A stretch of DNA of 61,875 nt, the filler included, from Sphacelaria rigidula (Eukaryota): the NCBI GenBank assembly GCA_964200075.2. It is 11 parts of 11 records of this genome, joined end to end, with 100 filler letters (N's around TTAATTAATTAA, not from the genome) between each part and the next. Parts side by side here need not be neighbours in the genome. Positions count along the whole stretch, not along the records: positions 39,440 to 44,973 come from CAXNAA020026555.1; positions 45,074 to 50,607 come from CAXNAA020026556.1; positions 50,708 to 56,241 come from CAXNAA020026557.1; 8 more parts are not named here. The stretch is one strand, 5' to 3'. The notes beneath the pieces were generated by a model. That model had not been told where the DNA came from. It searched no databases and saw nothing but the letters and a program-made list of their open reading frames with translations. Each line of letters begins with the position of its first letter. The first letter of the stretch is position 1. Below are positions 39,561 through 51,750 of the stretch, piece after piece. Made by a program: the position numbers and the translations under genes.

Positions 39561-40164
39561 AAGCGAACGGATATAATGAGGGAAGGTGGAGCGGTTGTGG
39601 AGATGTCTGTCGAAAAATAAAGGATACCTGTAAAACAGGATTGGGCAGATAGATTTCTGGAACAAATGAAAAAGTAGCGAAGTACAGGTTCGTATTCGGT
39701 CGGCCGATACAGCAAAAAGTGCGAGGCCAAAAGAGGTCGAAGGGGAGACGGTGCGAAAGAAGTAGAAGCAGCGCGTCGAGAAGCGCGTGTAAAGCGCGAT
39801 TCAGGTGAAGGCGTGCGGTAGAAACATCGCTGCACGGGACAAACAGCAGAAAACGCTATGTTGAGGCAACTGCAGGTGCACCTGTACGTTACAGTAAGCT
39901 ACTGTAAAAACTCAATCACAAGGATGAAAACCAATTGACTCACGTAACAAAAATAAAAAATAAGGCTACAGCAAGATGGGAAAAACAGCAACTAGAGCGC
40001 AGTACAGACAGCTGATAAGTAAATAACTCCTCTACTCTGAAAAGGGAAACCAGGCACAGCACCCATACATGAGGATGCATTTGTAGTGAATTAAATTATT
40101 CACGCGAAGCTCGAATTTTCTTTCACTGTAGAAAATAATTCATATATATATATATAAAACAACG

Positions 40165-40830
40165 GACTTGTGTCTCCCACCGGTGCTGCGATCTGAGACA
40201 GCAATTTTACAAAGTATGATGTTTCTCTTCGAGATCAGGCTCAATTTCCACCCGGTGTTTTGCGTTTGATACATGAGTATCCACCAAATGACCTCACGGT
40301 TTCTAAGGAGTCTGTGTAAGCGGGGCAGGTAGGCAACTGGAGCGGCAAAATAACATAACACACGGCAATAACACGAAAACCCATGAACCCTGAATATATA
40401 ATACTCGTAAAGGACGACAAACTTTGACGTTTCTCTTCGAAATCAGGCTCAATTTCCACCCGGGGTTTTGCGTTCAGCACATGAGTATTCACTGGATGAC
40501 CTCACGGTATCGGAGAAGTCGGCGAACAGGGCACCTAGGCAACTGGCGCGGCAAAAGTACATAACACACGGCAGTAACACGAAAACCCGTGAACACTGAA
40601 TATATAAGAAGCGACTTGTGTCTCCCACCGGCGCGTGCGAGCTGAGCCGGCAATTTTACCAACTTTGATGTTTCTCTTCGAGAGTAAGCTCAATTTCCAC
40701 CCGTTTCTTTGCGTTCGGTACATGAGTATTCACCGGATGACCTCACGGTTTCTAAGGAGTCTGTGTAAGCCGGGCAGCTAGACAACTGACAGGGTAAAAG
40801 TACATAACACACGGCAATAGCACGTCAACC
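40165..40830. repeat. Tandem array of three 208-241-bp units downstream of the KDZ gene
   Basis: TCAATTTCCACCC at 40241, 40449 and 40690, each followed by ACATGAGTAT...ATGACCTCACGGT...ACATAACACACGGCA. Confidence 0.85.
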
Positions 40831-41086
40831 CATTAACCATTCGACCGCGAGGGTAGTCTATTTGCATCACGCATAGTTTTTCAAGTGAAATTGATGCCGA
40901 TCCATCCGGTGACTTAACCTCGCGGTCAAAGGGTTGAACATCGGAAGAAAACGAAGCGGTCCAAGCACTTTCGCTCCTGAAAGCGATCGCTAGTTCATTA
41001 TTTACAGTGCACCAGAGATCAACTCTACCAGTTGAACACAAGTCTAAATATCTCGCAACAATCATGCGTCATCTGCTGTGCATTTT

Positions 41087-44000
41087 TCACAACCACACCG
41101 ACACCATGCCCGATCTCCCCCACGGCATCTCCTTTTCCCAATTTCTACATGACTCAGGGCGGCGCTCTTGTAGCGTTACATTACATTGCGGCATCGCCCC
41201 TTTCTCTCGAGGTGTAGGGTGAAATCGCTTGTAACCGCCACGTTGTTTGCAGTGGCTACACGTACGGCACTGTTGTGGGGCTCGGAGTGGGCCCTTGGAC
41301 TTCTTGGGCGTGGGTTCGGAGTTAATCTCTACGTCCCCGCATCTCCCAACATCGTTCATCACTGCATCGTTCCCAGCTGCCGGGCCCGCGCCGCCCGCAG
41401 CATCCCCTTCCTCACCGCCGCCAATGCCTGCCTCAGAACGACTCCGCGGAACAGCAGGGGGTACTGCACTACCGACAAGACTAGCAAACAACGCCTCCCC
41501 TCATGGTTCCTGTAAAGAACCTCGCAATTCAGCATGCGTTTGACGTATAGTAAACGTTGTTTTCGTCGCATTGGCGCTCTGCTTAAACTGCTCGTAGTGA
41601 GACTGTAGTTGCTTGGAGGTTTCCCGGTAGACGGCTTCCCACTCCGTCCGACCGGACTCGATCGATTCACAGTGGTTATTCCACTCTACTGCCCACTTAC
41701 CGAAGTTGATACTCTGGTGCTGCTGGAGTCTCCCCATCCGATCGCCTGGAATGAAAAGGTACGCGTCAAGCTCGGTGGCGAATTTCCTCCTCTCGACTGC
41801 ATTGTGTACGGGCGTGTCAGGCATTCCAACATTCATCATGCATGCGTATTGCTTTGCAGAGTGCGTGAGCCTCGGGAGGGGCACCGGTTCCTGAACCATC
41901 CCTTGGTCACCAACGAAATCTGCTGGCACTCTGCCAACCGCACCACCCCATATGCTCTTCGAAAGCCCACTCCTCTCACCCGTGTCTGCAGCATCAAGTG
42001 CGGAGACCCACTCAGGAAACAAGGGGCTGTCCGGGTACCAAGTGGCCGTCTCGCGCTAAATGATCTCAATATCGAACTGGTCGAAATATCCTCCAATATC
42101 CTTCCGCAGGTCGCGGTTCTTCACAGCCATCTTGATATTCCAACGATGGTTGAACGCAAGGAGCATGGATTGAGCCAGCGAGGGAGATGCACAGTATGGA
42201 CTAATGCCGAGATAGCCCCCCCACAAAACATGCACCGGAGACCGTCCGACAAAGCGGCTGGAATCCCACCATTGGGCTCGTTTGCAGCCATTTCTCCCAC
42301 ATGAGAGGCGCGTATCAGTTCGATATCAGCTATACCGCCCAAATTAGTCGCGCCGTACAGCACGACACCAGCTCTAACGTAATTTATGATCATCGCCCCC
42401 GTGCACGTTGTTGGCCGGTTTGGGGGGGGGCTATCTCGGCAGCAGTCTATGGTAATAGCAACCTGCGGAGATAACGATGATAACCCTTTCGAGAACAAGC
42501 ATGTACAGGAAACGAAAAAACAAAAAACGCATGTCAGGTCCATACTACAAAATCTTTCCCGTCGCCAAGCCGAGGAGAGAAGTCACACACGTGGTACGAC
42601 CAACATAGATTTTTTTTTTTATGTCGATGGATTGGCTCGTTGATTTGATCTCCATTATTGTTCTGGACATGAACCTAACCTCAGTGCTATTGGTCCCTCT
42701 GACACAGCGCCACGTAGTGCTCCCGGCTGCGCTTTTGCCTGTTGCGCAGTGCTGGGGCACTCCGTCGGGGTTGCTGAGATAGCCAGCTTCGATGTGCTTG
42801 CGGAGGAGGTTAATGGCCTCCATAGCTTTTGGTCGAAGGAGAAGTTCTCCCGATTTCGCGTCGATCACCTTCCGGAATTGATCGATCCCTGAATCGAAAC
42901 GTGCCGACAAACGTTCCCGGTTTGGCACCAACCGCCGGCGGTTCCGCAAAACATAAAGTCCAGTTTTGTTCGTTGTAAGTTGCCACCTCCTCCGGTTTCA
43001 TGCTTTGCGTTTTCAGAGCTAACTCGACCTGTCATTACCGAACAGATATCTAGCTCGGAAACAAAATCGAAACGAGCGCAGTGGTTGCGATGCAAGCTTC
43101 AGCACACCGCCGGAACTCATATATGCACAATGTTAAAATCCTCACCGAAGTCACTCACGCAACCAACAGCAGACGAAATGTCAACAACACTTGCCTCTTT
43201 GATGTCGGCTAGACTTACGATGAAGTTGTTGCAAGCTTCTCTCGATCGAGCCATGAAGGGCCTGAAGGCACCATGGCTCTTTTTCAGCAGGTGCGACAGA
43301 CGGTGAAGTGCGTGAAAGATGTCGAGGCGAACCTTGAGCATGCGCCTCCTCTCCAGCAAAAACTGGAGGGATACAACCAACATTGAATAGCGGCAGTGGC
43401 AGTACACCGACGATTGGCGTCGGCAGGGAACAACCTTCAGAGACAACAGTTATATTCACTTTCAAAAATCACTTTCTACCTTCGCAGCATTGGCATCTTG
43501 GTCCATGTTGATATCACCATTGCTGTCGTCCACGGCTCCCGTGTGGCAAGCACGGCGCCTAAGACCGAGGTCACCGTCATCATGTCCATCGCTGTCCTCT
43601 CCGTCCTCATCCAAGTCTTCGTCATCTACAGGGAGAACCATGCAAATAAGTTTGGCTTGGGTTATACGATATCGTCGTGAACAAAGCGCGAAGTACCCAA
43701 AATGCAAGGGTTTCACGAGCCATCACATTGCCATCACAGAAGGGGGCAAGATCTTACCTGGCAAGCGCACGACATGGCAAGGTGGATCAGCAGCGAAGAA
43801 CTCGGCGTCATCATCGTGAGCGGCACTTGTACTCTTTGTTGCCGAAGGTGCCGGTGTCGGAGGACGTGGTGTCAAACCCCTCGCGAGGCGAATATGGGCA
43901 ACGTCCCACAGAACAAGACAGTCGTCATCGCTCTCGAAGACGTCTTTCAACGTCACACGTTTCACACCGGAGACAGAAGGTGAACTTTTGTGCGGAGTAA

Positions 44001-44870
44001 ACGCAGCAGGCACGAGCGCCTTAATCAGCTTGACTACAATAACACCCTTCAACCGTTGCCAGTATCTAGGGCGCCACCGACGCAGAGCTTCCTCGTCATC
44101 CTGCACCTCCCCAAGACCAACACAATTGGCATGGTCGTTGCTGTAGAGACGCACCTATTAAAACAGCAGGATACAGCATAAAATTTGCGGGCGTGATAGC
44201 AGTATCTCTTGCGAGCGATCGTGATGTACATCCAACATGATTGAACGGCGCAAGTAAACAGCTTCGGCGCACCTGATACAAACATGGCATTCGTACCTTC
44301 GTTCCAACCAGCAGCGTCGTCGGTGCGGGGGTGCGTATGTGGTCTTTCAGTCTCTCGATTTCCTGGTACACAAGCACGGACGCGTACGTTTAGGCACGCG
44401 TACTGCACCTGTGATCATAAGAAGAGCGTGGTTCATCATGAGAACATGAACAAAACAGCAAGTTGAAAAGCGCTACGCAAACAACAAAGCAGTGATGAGA
44501 AAGATACTACAAGAAAATCGTTGCAGGTGCAAAATCAACGCGCAGAGCTTCCTAAATCCCACCTGCTCATTTGTGAGGGAATCGCTGCTCCATCGAGAGA
44601 AGCGGATGGTCGGATCTTTAGGGAGTTCTTTCCCGATCAAAGCACCCTCCATGCCCGCCAGCGAACGAGACGGCGTCTCCACCTAACACTCTCTTGCGTG
44701 AGTCCTCACGTCCACGGTGTTGGCGACGTCGACGCCATAGTCTCGCTCCAAAAGGGAAGCATCAGAATTCACATTTACATCAATCTGGAGATGAGCGGAA
44801 GCGGCAGACTGCATGAGTAACGCACACGCACCGCATTTGTACCTTAGTACTTTGAAAATAGGAATCACTA
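41087..44870 (-). pseudogene. KDZ-superfamily (Kyakuja/Zisupton-like) transposase with WRN-type 3'-5' exonuclease domain, spliced and decayed, 5' end beyond contig
   Basis: Exonuclease: VNVNSDASLLERDYGVDVANTVDV; SLAGMEGALIGKELPKDPTIRFSRWSSDSLTNEQ|VQYACL. Transposase: KVRLDIFHALHRL...HGAFRPFM; RRLVPNRERL...DAKSGELLL...HIEAGYLSNPDGV...WRCVRGTNSTE; ASPSLAQSMLLAFNHRWN. C-terminal CRTCSHCK...H...C finger. GT-AG introns, frameshifts, an in-frame stop and a MITE insertion are present. Confidence 0.8.
42199..42447. mobile_element. 249-bp GAC-terminal MITE inserted in the KDZ coding sequence
   Basis: TIR GACT(AA/GC)TGCCGAGATAGCCCCCCC with a perfect 4-bp TSD TATG (42195-42198 and 42448-42451). Removing it restores the frame LLLPY|CASPSLAQSML. 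Confidence 0.88.
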
Positions 44871-45184
44871 ACCATATATTTGCGATGGAAGGGTCTTCCA
44901 GAACTTGTCGCCAGCAATGCTAGGGTAGGGGTGCACTTCTTTCGCGATTTTTTGTCTGGTTCAGGGGCTCCTANNNNNNNNNNNNNNNNNNNNNNNNNNN
45001 NNNNNNNNNNNNNNNNNTTAATTAATTAANNNNNNNNNNNNNNNNNNNNNNNNNNNNNNNNNNNNNNNNNNNNATTTTAATCCTCCGGGTTCTCATCCTC
45101 AATGAAGAGCACCATCCTCAACATAGATGATCGGCTGTTCTTTTATGTATTTACACCTGCCTGACTCGTTTACCACGACTGCAG

Positions 45185-48100
45185 ACAGAGGAAGCAATCG
45201 GTCAACTACGTGAACTCGTCGATACCGCGGGGGGAAATACGGTGATTCTCACTGGCGCCGGCGTTTCCACTGACAGTGGGATACCCGACTACCGGGGTCC
45301 TCAGGGCTCGTACTCGCGAGGGCACAAACCCATGATGCACGGCGAGTTCATATCATCCGAGGCAAATCGCAAGCGGTGAGACAAATAGTGGAAATTGGGT
45401 CAGGAAGATGTGTATAGCAGGGGGGAGCCACTTTAAGCGCGGTATAATGCCGGAAAAAGTGGACCGCCTTGAAGTGAGACTCAGCCTCGAAATGAATTGG
45501 GCCATACCTACCAGAAGAGTAATGATGCCAGTGTGGGAACCACCGCACAAAAGGGACAAATTCCCACAAGTGTCCGTCAAGGAATCACCTTTTCACATTG
45601 GCGACACTATGAGATAGCTCGTACGCTTCACGAACAGAAGGTCCCGTGTTCAAATCCCGGATCCCTCCAACATGGTGGGAGCCAAAAAAATGGTGGATAC
45701 CCTCTGAAGCAGAGTTCAAAACTCACGGAAAATCTCCTGAGGCGATTGTCGGTTGGGTGACCCAACACACGTGGAAGATATGTGGATTAAAAGGCAAGAT
45801 TTCAGCCGCTAGCTGGCGTAAAAGGTTTCTCCTACAAAACCTCGAAGAGGTCCATGAGGGGGGGGGGATGTGGGAACCATCATATAGAGGGGACAAATTC
45901 CCACATGTGTCTGCCAAGGAACCACCTTTTCACACCAGCCGATTTTACCGCCGTAGGGTGCAGCCTCACCTTGAAAAGGACTCCCTTAAAGTGGGGACAC
46001 CACTGCGCGAAATGATCTTATATGGGAGTACGTGCGCCTAACGCTGTGGTTCCTTGATTGCTGAGTCGTAACCTACTCCCGCAGCCTTGCTCCTTGCACT
46101 GAGTTCTCTCCATAGCCCTGGTGGGGCTTTGCACGGGAGGCTCTCTCAGAAGCATTTTCAGTCCAACAGCCCTATCGGTTTATCCTGCTTGCTCCCCATG
46201 TCTTTGTTCCCTTCTTTTTCTTCTTGGGTTGCCTCCAACCGGTATAATTTTTGTTAACCCACCCTCGATACGTCTGTCTTATGACCATGGGTGGATTCAT
46301 CGCGTATATGTCTATGGGGGAAAATCGAACAATCAGCATGCACACCTCGCGAGCGCTCCACCTTGTGCCACGCATTCAATTTTCCTTCTTCCCTGTTGGA
46401 GGAGGGATGAATCGTAGCTTCGCACTGGTTCATGTGATCGCTTGCTGCGGTGTTCATCCCATGAAGGTGTATCAAACGCGGCGAAACATGCCCAGGTTAT
46501 CAGCGAAATCAAAATCGGAAATGTGTCCACGGAAGATAGTCTGGCACGAGAGGATCGGTGATACATTTTGCTTGAGCCGCCCGCAACCATTGGGGGGTGG
46601 GGCGGTAGACCCCACGTGTAGTTTCGGAGAAGGTGTAATATGGCGCGGATCTATCTTCCTTGCATGTTGATCGAGAGTGAGTCGGGACTCGCTCAAGAGA
46701 ATCAGGACGGCAAGCATACACCTCGTTGTTGGACTAATGCCAGGTACTGGGCGCGCTCGGTGTTTGGATGGAGCAGTTTCAGCGCCGCCAGACCGAATGC
46801 GGCGCATTTTGCGCTTGCGGCGTTAGAGGCTGCGGGAAAAATTAGCGGAATCATAACGCAGGTACGGCGGAGCCAAATGGCGTTGAAAAAGAGCGCTCGC
46901 ACCTTTTACCCCAAATGCGCCGGTTGCCTCATTCGTGGTCAAACTCAATATCGTGTAGCTTGCCTGTGACGAGTATCGAGCAGTGCGAGTTCTCGGGGGG
47001 GGGGGGTGCAAATTATTGACTTCTCGCAATTCATGTTCTGAAGGATACTTCATGGAAATATAACACGGTGTAGCAAAACCAGCTGAACAACAGCTTGTGC
47101 ACCTTTCGTGGCGGTAACCCTCGCTAGAAGCAGCGCGGATGTTAGTCCGCAGAGCAGCTGCAGATCGTGTATGATATTCACCCCAAGAAAGTCAAGACGG
47201 AGTTGTTGGTGATACAAAAGTCCGCGTGGCTCGCTCGTGTTTTCCGTGCTCTGCCTGTACGTACACGCGTGAGGTTTCTTTACCACTTGGTCGATGAAGG
47301 AATTCATCGGAAACATATTTTTTCGAATAACGCTAACCCTAACCCTAATCCCAACCCAAGGCATACCGAGAACCCTGGGGCGGGGGGGGGGGTGAAGTGT
47401 CCCGTAGGCAAAGTGTGGCGTTTGCAGACCTCAAAACGGCGCCGATTTTGATAAAAACGCGTTCTGCGCACGCGAGGGGTAGACAGCCCGCTAAAGATCC
47501 GAATATTGGTGTTTACACTTAGATCAAGTAATAAGATTCCGGGGAGGTTCTAATCGAGCAACTGGTGAACACTACGGATACGCGCGTAAACACTGGCACA
47601 CATTGCATTTTTGCTAGAGCTGTGTTGATCTCTCTCTCTGTCTTCCTTTCTCTCTTTTTCTCTCGCATGTCTCATTTCCCTGCCGCCTAAGAACGTGGAT
47701 GGTTTGCACCAGAAGGCGGGCAATCGAAACGTCGTTGACCTGCACGGACGGAACGACAAGGTATGTATTCACGAGTTTTGCGGTGTTTGAGACAATTTTA
47801 GGTGTTTGTCTCGACAGTGTGCTGTCGCTGCACCCCGATGGTCAAACGGGCGCTTTGAAACTGGTCAAGTCGTTTTTTGTGGATCTGAATCCTGGCCTTG
47901 AAGCTTTTTTTTTCTGTTTCTCGTCATCCGAAAATGTGTAGACGATATTTGGCAAAATCCGGTCGATGAAAAATCGACGGACTTCGGGAGTGGTGATAGT
48001 CATGATCCATGATCCAATGCCGATCACAGTATGCAAGGCGGGTACGGGGCGAGAGATGGGTTGGTCCTCTTGGACGGCAGACACATCCCGAGGACGGGGG

Positions 48101-49326
48101 GCTGGGGCGAGGGCGGGGAGGGTAACAATACATGAAAAACGAATACTGTGGACAAGCTATGGTCATCATGCTAACAGTTCTGCGCGAATTATCAGTGTCC
48201 ACGACTGCGTGGTACCCTTGAGATAGGGTTCAGCTGGTTGGTTGTTCAGGACGATGGGTGCTCCGCATCAAGCAATTTTGCGACCTTTTGCAAGTAGTGC
48301 ATACTATGCTGGTGCTGCATCGAAGGCTATCAGAACAACGAAAGGGCGCTCGCTGTCTCCACGTGTTCACCCGACGCATGCAGAATAGTGTGCAACGTTC
48401 GGCGATATGTACATTTCTCTTTTCATACCCGAGCCCACCGTTGCTCGCCACCCCTTTCACTTCTTCAGGTCGAGTGCTTATCATGTGGCTTGAAGGCAAA
48501 CCGAAACGCTCACCAAATGCACCTAGCGCGCCTGAACGCTGGTTGGATAGCTAGAAATACTCGCGCAGCAGCGGGAGTAGTAGCAGCATCAGGGACGGCG
48601 GCGGCCGGAACAGAAGGTACGGATTCGGTTGGTGAGAGACCTGTCTGGGTTCGAGTGTCGACAAGGTTACTCTTTTGCATTCTTGAGTTTTGTCGCGCGT
48701 TTTCTCTTGCTTGTAAGATATGAGCAACTGCACCGCGGCTTGTCGTCAAAGCAAAGGGGTGAGACTCGCATGTACGGAAAACCGATTCCGCTGCCTATGC
48801 GCAAAAAAAAAAGCTGGACAACAACTGACTACATTGTCCACACTACATTTTTCTGGTCCTTCTCGTACGCCCTCTGTTAATCTCCGGTTTGGTCCTTCTC
48901 GTACCCGTTTATCTCACAGTGCCGCGAGTTCCCGTATCGCGTCGCCTTGCAGAAAACAGCAGTGCCTCCAAGATTCTTTAAGAAACCGTCTGATGGATAT
49001 TTGCACCGTTCTTTCGCAACAGTGCTTGCACAATAAATGTAGTGAGGGGGAGGAGGAGGAGAACGGGGGTTAGCACCGGTCAACCGTCTTTTCCCACTGT
49101 CGCTCGATGTCTGTTTTGGTGGCGGGGACACACGCACGCGCACACACAAGGGATACACTCTTCGAGAGTTGGCTTCAGAACGCCGGCAACAGCAGCGAGC
49201 GGAGCGGGTGGATTTCAAGCGAGGGATGCGCGATTGCGGGCTGATGGCGATGCGGACATCGATCCGGCGACCAACTTGGGGGGGTTCGAAGTCCCTGCGT
49301 GCGTCCGGTGCGGGGGTGTTCTGAAG
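45185..49326 (+). CDS. SIRT4: NAD-dependent deacylase, class II sirtuin (SIRT4/SRT2-like), partial, five exons
   Basis: Phase-consistent GT-AG exons. 45185-45375: VILTGAGVSTDSGIPDYRGPQGSYSRGHKPM...FISSEANRKR. 46744-46861: YWARSVFGWSSFSAARPNAAHFALA...IITQ. 47692-47760: NVDGLHQKAG...DLHG. 48469-48616: VECLSCG...Q..LARLN. 49151-49326: LRADGDADI...FEVPACVRCGGVLK. RYWARS and RxDGD are SIRT4-class hallmarks. Confidence 0.94.
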
Positions 49327-50519
49327 GTACGGTGGCCTGTGCTACGCAGCAGCACCCTCCCATAATCCATATGTGATATCTATGTTTCTTTACCACAGCA
49401 GCCCTCCACGCGCGTCGACATCACCCCCTTCATGTGCGTCCTCGTCGTCTGTTCAATAGACGCACAAAAACAAACGGAAAAGCGCCTGGACAAAAACATA
49501 TATATACATATATATATATACATATTCACGTTATTCTTCCGTCGGGCAAAGGACGCATTCTACCGTACAATGATGAAACAATGCAAAACCATGGTGAAAA
49601 TATCTCGGCTTTTCAAAAAACGGTGTTTTAGAACATGATCATACGATATGAGGTACTTGACTTTCGCGGTATAAGTGTCGTACGCGTGCTTTGTACCCGT
49701 ACAATGCAGTACGTGCGGTGCGGTATTTTTCTATCGTGAATCCAACGGTACCTCGGCGTCTGGTCTTTCTGGAAGTACGGCACGGAAAGTAAGGGGCCGG
49801 ACGAATGTGGAACCTAGGCTCTAACTTGAACATACAGCGGGAACTGCGGATCTCTGAACCCACGTTATCCCGTCACGGAAAATTGCGGTAGTGGGCATGC
49901 TGCCCTGTATATGTGTGTCTGTTCATGTGCGCGCTTATATTTGCAGGTAACGAATGTATTGCGACCCCAAAAGTCATCGTGCAGGCAGAGTAAGGAACTC
50001 TTAAGAATATTATTCAAAGTATGGGAAAATACCGAGTGCGGTACGACAAATCGACCGAGCATTTGTTTCGCTGTAATTCCAGGATGAAATTGCAGTATGA
50101 CAAAGGACAAAAATTACGAGCATTAGTTTCGCTGTACAAGAGAGCAGAAAGTACGCGTTTATCTATCTGCCGGCGATCGCAGCAAAGCAAGAAAGCAACA
50201 AAAATACGACGCGAGAACGACACAACCGAAGTACGACAACAAAATACGACAACTGAGACAAGAACAGAAGTTTAATGTGGGGACAATAATACAGATTTCA
50301 GCATACTCGTGAAACAGCAGGTCGTAACCTTTTTTTTCACTTCCTGAATCATTTTCTAGTCTCAACAGTTGGCTTGAATGGCAGACTGTATAGCTGATGG
50401 GTTTTTTTTTCCTCACACGTTGAACCCATCTCTCCCTCGGTACGTGCCTTTCATTTTGGTCTCGCGGACTGGATCAGCACTCCCTCACCGCGTCAACTCA
50501 CGTCACACTAACCCAGTCG

Positions 50520-50607
50520 ACTACTTTGTTCGCTCACGTTCTCACGCTTTCCACGGTGAAAATCATATATTACTAAGAAAAAACCCAACGCATCGGGAAT
50601 CGAACCC
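50520..50607 (-). repeat. tRNA-derived SINE-like fragment
   Basis: The minus strand has a B-box GGGTTCGATTCCC. Related segments (CTCACG.TT.CA.CG...TCGAAC) lie at about 12770-12865 and 23630-23720. Confidence 0.45.
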
Positions 50608-50914
50608 NNNNNNNNNNNNNNNNNNNNNNNNNNNNNNNNNNNNNNNNNNNNTTAATTAATTAANNNNNNNNNNNNNNNNNNNNNNNNNNNNNNNNNNNNN
50701 NNNNNNNCCCCCCCCCCCCCCCGCTCCGCCGCCGGGAAGGGGGTCCCGGCCCCGCGCCCAACCCCCACCGCACACACCCAATTGGGCCCCCCCCCCCCCC
50801 CCCCTCCACACACACATAATGTACCTGTCAAAGAGGTCGCGGTATCCTCTGGTGGACTGTGTCGTTTCTATGTTTTTTTGGTGCTGCTCTCAGGATTATT
50901 AGTTGGTGCCGACC

Positions 50915-51750
50915 AAACAATCCCCTTGAAACGAGATTTCACAATTTGGGGATGGATTTTTTCAAGGTTGTGTTCTGTAAGGTACGGGTACGTCCTGTAG
51001 GGTATGAGATTCCGCACAGAGTTTACCGAACTGTCGGGTAACGGCTTAGAAATCTCACAGAGTTTACAGAACTGTCGGGTACCGGTATGAAAGTATTACA
51101 GACTTTACAGAACTTCTCGGGCACGGTACGGGAGGCTTACAGAGAACCGGTACCGGCAGTCGGGCAACTCTTTTCGAGTATACCCGCCCCTCGGGTTCGG
51201 GTAAATGTTATGTACATAACTTACAGAACTGCCGGGTACGGTACATACCCGGAAAAATACCCCGGGTATCCAGAAAACCGTACCTTACAGAACACAACCT
51301 TGGATTTTTTAATCGAGGATGAGAAACGGAGAATTCAAATCTTCGTATCCACACGAAATCTTCAAAATATATAGTGCCACTCCTTCACCTACTACTGGTA
51401 GCTATTAATAACTACTACACGCCATACAAATTTGGATCCGGATAACCGACATGTTGGGGTCCTATATGTGAAGCAACAATTTTGGGGAACTTACATGATC
51501 CGATCAGATGGACGAAATTCCCAAAGATTGTTTCTTCACCTATTCATAAGACCCCAACATTATTTCGGTTATCGAAATCCAAATTTGTACGGCGTGTAGT
51601 GGTTGTCAATAGCTACCCGCAAGTGAAGAAAGGGAACCGTATTTCGAAGATTTGATGTGGAAACAAAGACTTCAATTCTCGGGGTTTCCCATCCTCAACA
51701 TAAATCCATCCCCAATTTGTAAAATCCCGTGTTTCTTCTCTGGGAATCCA
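50915..51750. mobile_element. Old foldback element with long imperfect inverted arms
   Basis: ACAATTTGGGGATGGATT pairs with AAATCCATCCCCAATTTGT, and TACACGCCATACAAATTTGGAT pairs with ATCCAAATTTGTACGGCGTGTA. The left arm is interrupted by a hAT MITE. Confidence 0.75.
50963..51302. mobile_element. hAT-type MITE
   Basis: Perfect 25-bp TIR CAAGGTTGTGTTCTGTAAGGTACGG and perfect 8-bp TSD GATTTTTT (50955-50962 and 51303-51310). Confidence 0.94.

Noticed and set aside
45400..46041. ORFs in sirtuin intron 1 with duplicated WEP...DKFP...PFH peptide
   Set aside because: This is a 65-bp internal DNA duplication within a probable TE remnant, with no recognisable domain.
47330..47360. Telomere-like CCCTAA/TTAGGG motifs (also about 24598-24612)
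   Set aside because: Only 2-3 degenerate units lie inside introns. They are not a chromosome end.
41087..49326. KDZ transposon carrying a sirtuin as cargo
   Set aside because: The spacer at 44974-45073 separates them, and the sirtuin is an ordinary spliced host gene.
50590..50607. tRNA gene from B-box GGGTTCGATTCCC
   Set aside because: It is truncated by the contig end, no cloverleaf can be built, and its context resembles SINE-like repeats.
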